From positions 1 through 46,426 of the forward strand of contig JADHTP010000001.1 in assembly GCA_016784945.1 (NCBI GenBank): a stretch of DNA of 46,426 nucleotides, written 5' to 3'. The notes below the pieces were generated by a model. That model did no database searches. It saw only the letters and a list, made by a program, of their open reading frames with translations, and was not told the origin of the DNA. Below, in pieces: positions 44,183 to 46,426 of this stretch. The position numbers and the translations under genes are program-made. Within the stretch, counting starts at the first letter, position 1; each line of letters begins with the position of its first letter. This DNA is from Deltaproteobacteria bacterium (GTDB lineage Bacteria > Myxococcota_A > UBA9042 > DTJE01).

Positions 44183-45374
44183 CGTGCCACGGCCCGAACC
44201 GCTGCCTCCCCTCTCCGAGGAGGAAATCGCAGGCAGGCTCTTCGCCCTGCGGGAACGCTGGCGCAACCCCGGAAAGGAAGCCGGCCAAAAGGGCATGGCC
44301 ACCCTGTCACGCCAGACCGGATTCCCCCCTGCGCACGTTCACGAAGCCCTGAAGAGGGCCTTTGCGCCCTTCACTCAACGCTCCATCCGTCGCCTCGTCC
44401 GCCTTGGCAGGGGACCTCGCGCCGGCTCACCGTGGCTCCTGGCCATCCTGGCGGGCCGGATCCCCGCCGTGGCTGTCAACGCCCTGTTCTGGTCCCTGGC
44501 CGCCCGGGTGCCCCTGGCCGTGAAATCCCCGGGCGCCCTGGACGCCTTCACGGCCCTGCTGGTCCGGTCCCTGGCCCGCATGGGGGGATCTCTGGGCCCC
44601 TGCGTCACCCACCTGACATTCCCTTCCGGCACCGGTCCCATGGCACGGCTGGTGGAGTCGGCGCCCCTGTGCCTGGCCTACGGCAGCGACCACACATTCC
44701 GCGCCGTGACGGAGGCTCGCCGGGGGCGTCCCACGCTGGGAGGTGGGCACCGCGAGTCCTTCGTTGTCGTGTTCCGGGAGGCCCTGGAACGGGACGGGGT
44801 GTCCCACCTCGCCCGCGCCATCGCCCGGGACAGCGCCGTCTATGACCAGGACGGCTGCCTTTCACCCCAGGCGGTGCTGGTGGAGGAAGGGGGCGGGACG
44901 AGCCCGAGGGAACTGGCCCGACGAATTCACGACGAGCTGGTCGGAATGGCCAGGCCCCTGCCACCGTCGATACCCCCGCTGGAGGAGGCCGCTCGGCTCC
45001 GGATCTTTGCCGAGGAGTGCCGGTACACGGCGCGGGCTTCGGGTGGGCGGGTCTTTCCCGAAAGAGGCGCACCGATCCCCCTGGTGGCGGTGCTCCCGGG
45101 CCAGCCCTACCGGACGGGACCGGGTCATCGCGTCCTCCAGGTACTGCCCTTTTGCGACGAGCCCGATCCCGCCCGCCTTCTTCCGTCGATGTCGGGCCAT
45201 GTTCAAGGGGTGGCAGTGGCCGGCCCGAGGGCTCGCCTGGAATCTCTGTTCGAGGCCGATCCCGGCTACCGGGCCGGATACGTCTGTGCCCCGGGCCGGC
45301 TGCAGCGTCCCCCGGCCGTGTGGGCCGAGAACGGCATCATCATCACAAAGGAACTGGCCCGCCTGGCTCGCTGA
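44175..45374 (+). CDS. LuxC-like acyl-CoA (acyl-protein) reductase
   Basis: ORF 43905..45374 trimmed to the ATG at 44175 (MSDVPRPEPLPPLSEEEIAGRL...), 399 aa. LAGRIPAVAVNALFWSLAARVPLAVKSP resembles the LuxC G-N-[IV]-P...K-x-[SP] segment. AVYDQDGCLSPQAVLVEEGG supplies a candidate catalytic Cys in a Q-x-x-C-x-S-P context. The pairing with the LuxE-like gene supports the call. Confidence 0.6.
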   Translation: MSDVPRPEPLPPLSEEEIAGRLFALRERWRNPGKEAGQKGMATLSRQTGFPPAHVHEALKRAFAPFTQRSIRRLVRLGRGPRAGSPWLLAILAGRIPAVAVNALFWSLAARVPLAVKSPGALDAFTALLVRSLARMGGSLGPCVTHLTFPSGTGPMARLVESAPLCLAYGSDHTFRAVTEARRGRPTLGGGHRESFVVVFREALERDGVSHLARAIARDSAVYDQDGCLSPQAVLVEEGGGTSPRELARRIHDELVGMARPLPPSIPPLEEAARLRIFAEECRYTARASGGRVFPERGAPIPLVAVLPGQPYRTGPGHRVLQVLPFCDEPDPARLLPSMSGHVQGVAVAGPRARLESLFEADPGYRAGYVCAPGRLQRPPAVWAENGIIITKELARLAR

Positions 45375-45777
45375 CCGGCCCGAGGACACCATCCAGAACC
45401 ATCGGCGAATTCCCCGAAGCGTCGTCCAGATCAATGGACACCATCTCATCGTGGAACCGCAAGCTCACCGACCATCGGCTTATCAGACCCAGTTCATCGA
45501 TCTCGATCCGGAGTTCGCCGGGCGTTTCCCATCGCCCCCGCGCCCGGGCCAGGGCGATGCCCACCAGTGTCCCGGTGATGCTCTTGGTGACCGATGCCAC
45601 GTCGTGCAGGTCATCGGGACCAAAGGGGTGAAAGGCCGCATCCAGGTCCACGGTTCCTTGGCGAACCACCAGGACGCCATGAACCGGCAGGCCCTCGTCC
45701 ATGACGGTCTCCAGGAACCGGGCCAGCCGGACGGGATCCACGCCCAGGGCTTCGGGGGTGGAACGAGGCCATTCCAC
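45343..45777 (-). pseudogene. Truncated serine hydrolase / beta-lactamase-family remnant
   Basis: The GTG at 45777 opens EWPRSTPEALGVDPVRLARFLETVMDEGLPVHGVLVVRQGTVDLDAAFHPFGPDDLHDVASVTKSITGTLVGIALAR. This is the typical N-terminal third of a class-C beta-lactamase/PBP-like esterase, including the SxxK motif (SVTK). Recognisable similarity stops after about 80 residues. The ORF ends at 144 aa inside the 3' end of the LuxC-like gene, against an expected length above 350 aa. Confidence 0.5.
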
Positions 45778-45952
45778 GTCGGGCCAACTCTGGATCGCGG
45801 GCCAGGGTCCCTTCAGGGTTCCACCGTCGCGCAGGCACTCAGAACAAGAAGAATGGTCAGCGGGGCCTTGAAAACGATTCGCGACTCAGACATTCAGTTC
45901 AACCCAAGTCGGGGTTGTTCAGGATGATTCGTTGCGAGACACCGGACGGACC

Positions 45953-46426
45953 CTATCCACTCCAGGGGTAGAGGCCGTTGGAGATCTCGATCTGGTATGA
46001 CTCGCAGATGGCGGGCTTGGTCTTGTCCCGCGAGATCTTGATGTAGTACTTCGCCGAGTTGTTCGAACAGGAATTGACGCCCGGCGCCGCCTCTCCGGGA
46101 CAGGATCCACACTCCTGGGGATCGCCCGTGGTGGCGATGCAGTGGTTGTAATCCGGGGGTGGCCCGCAACTGTTGGAGGCCGTTGAGCACCCGCACTCGC
46201 CCTTGCCGCCGGCGTAGAAGTTGGTCGCCCACTCGGAGATGTTGCCTTCCTTGCAGATGTTGTTCGTGTCGGCGCAGGACCCCCGGTACACGTCCAGCAC
46301 GAAACTGTTGCCCGGGTTCTGGGTGAACACGACCTTCATGTTGTAGAGGTCGCAGGCGTTCGGCTCGTTCTTCCAGGTGGGGTCCGAGGCGTCCACTACG
46401 TACCAGTCATCGTCGTCGTTGGGCAC
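45953..46426 (-). CDS. C-terminal part of a secreted Cys-rich protein with a PPC-like (pre-peptidase C-terminal) domain; 5'-truncated by the window edge
   Basis: The ORF runs off the window. DDDDWYVVDASD...FVLDVYRGSC...AKYYIKISRDKTKPAICESYQIEISNG resembles the D-x-D-W-Y ... Y-Y-[IV]-x-[IV] ... Y-x-[IL]-x-[IV] jelly-roll pattern. A Cys-rich insertion is present (GECGCSTASNSCGPPPDYNHCIATTGDPQECGSCPGE). Confidence 0.4.
   Translation of the reverse strand: MPNDDDDWYVVDASDPTWKNEPNACDLYNMKVVFTQNPGNSFVLDVYRGSCADTNNICKEGNISEWATNFYAGGKGECGCSTASNSCGPPPDYNHCIATTGDPQECGSCPGEAAPGVNSCSNNSAKYYIKISRDKTKPAICESYQIEISNGLYPWSG

Noticed and set aside
40053-45374. Interpretation as a bioluminescence (lux) operon or a saxitoxin cluster
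   Set aside because: There are no luxA/luxB luciferase or luxD genes. None of the core saxitoxin genes are present (the polyketide-synthase-like sxtA, the amidinotransferase and the others). Only the generic LuxC/E and SxtI/J/K-type families are shared.

Overview
This is a GC-rich bacterial chromosomal window. The gene content (Hanks-type kinase, giant TPR protein, Cys-rich surface protein with a MYXO-CTERM-like tail) suggests a Myxococcota/deltaproteobacterial-type lineage, but that is inference only. Many ORF-track entries are antisense or out-of-frame shadows of real genes, as expected at this GC content.

Supported genes, in order:
- ArnT/PMT-like GT-C glycosyltransferase
- 874-aa Cys-rich repeat surface protein
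- transposase C-terminal relic
- feoAB with a Fur box
- murA, recF, dnaN
- Ser/Thr kinase
- three-domain DUF1573 lipoprotein interrupted by an in-frame TGA
- decayed aldehyde dehydrogenase pseudogene
- 1546-aa TPR protein
- MBL hydrolase, HAD hydrolase, Slt-type lytic transglycosylase, FKBP lipoprotein
- UbiA prenyltransferase convergent with a CruF/DUF422-like membrane protein
- large polytopic membrane protein
- radical-SAM fusion, RNase R/II and lgt operon
- tolQ, tolR, tolA-like and tolB

The most interesting signals:
1. An eight-gene co-directional cluster sits directly behind tolB, where pal/cpoB would be expected. It encodes an SGNH-like membrane protein, an unannotated 53-aa DUF5989/SxtK-like micro-ORF, a PP-loop enzyme, an SxtJ-like membrane protein, a NodU/CmcH/SxtI-type carbamoyltransferase, a class-III aminotransferase, a LuxE-like acyl-protein synthetase and a LuxC-like acyl-CoA reductase. 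I cannot map it to any characterised pathway.
2. The DUF1573 lipoprotein is a candidate selenoprotein. The TGA replaces the first Cys of the family's CGCT motif and a SECIS-like hairpin follows it.
3. A family of degenerate tandem heptanucleotide repeats (CGTCTAC-like) occurs at about seven intergenic sites.

All family assignments come from motif recognition by eye. No searches were run. Coding coordinates are derived from the ORF track by codon arithmetic, and non-coding coordinates may be off by 1-2 nt.
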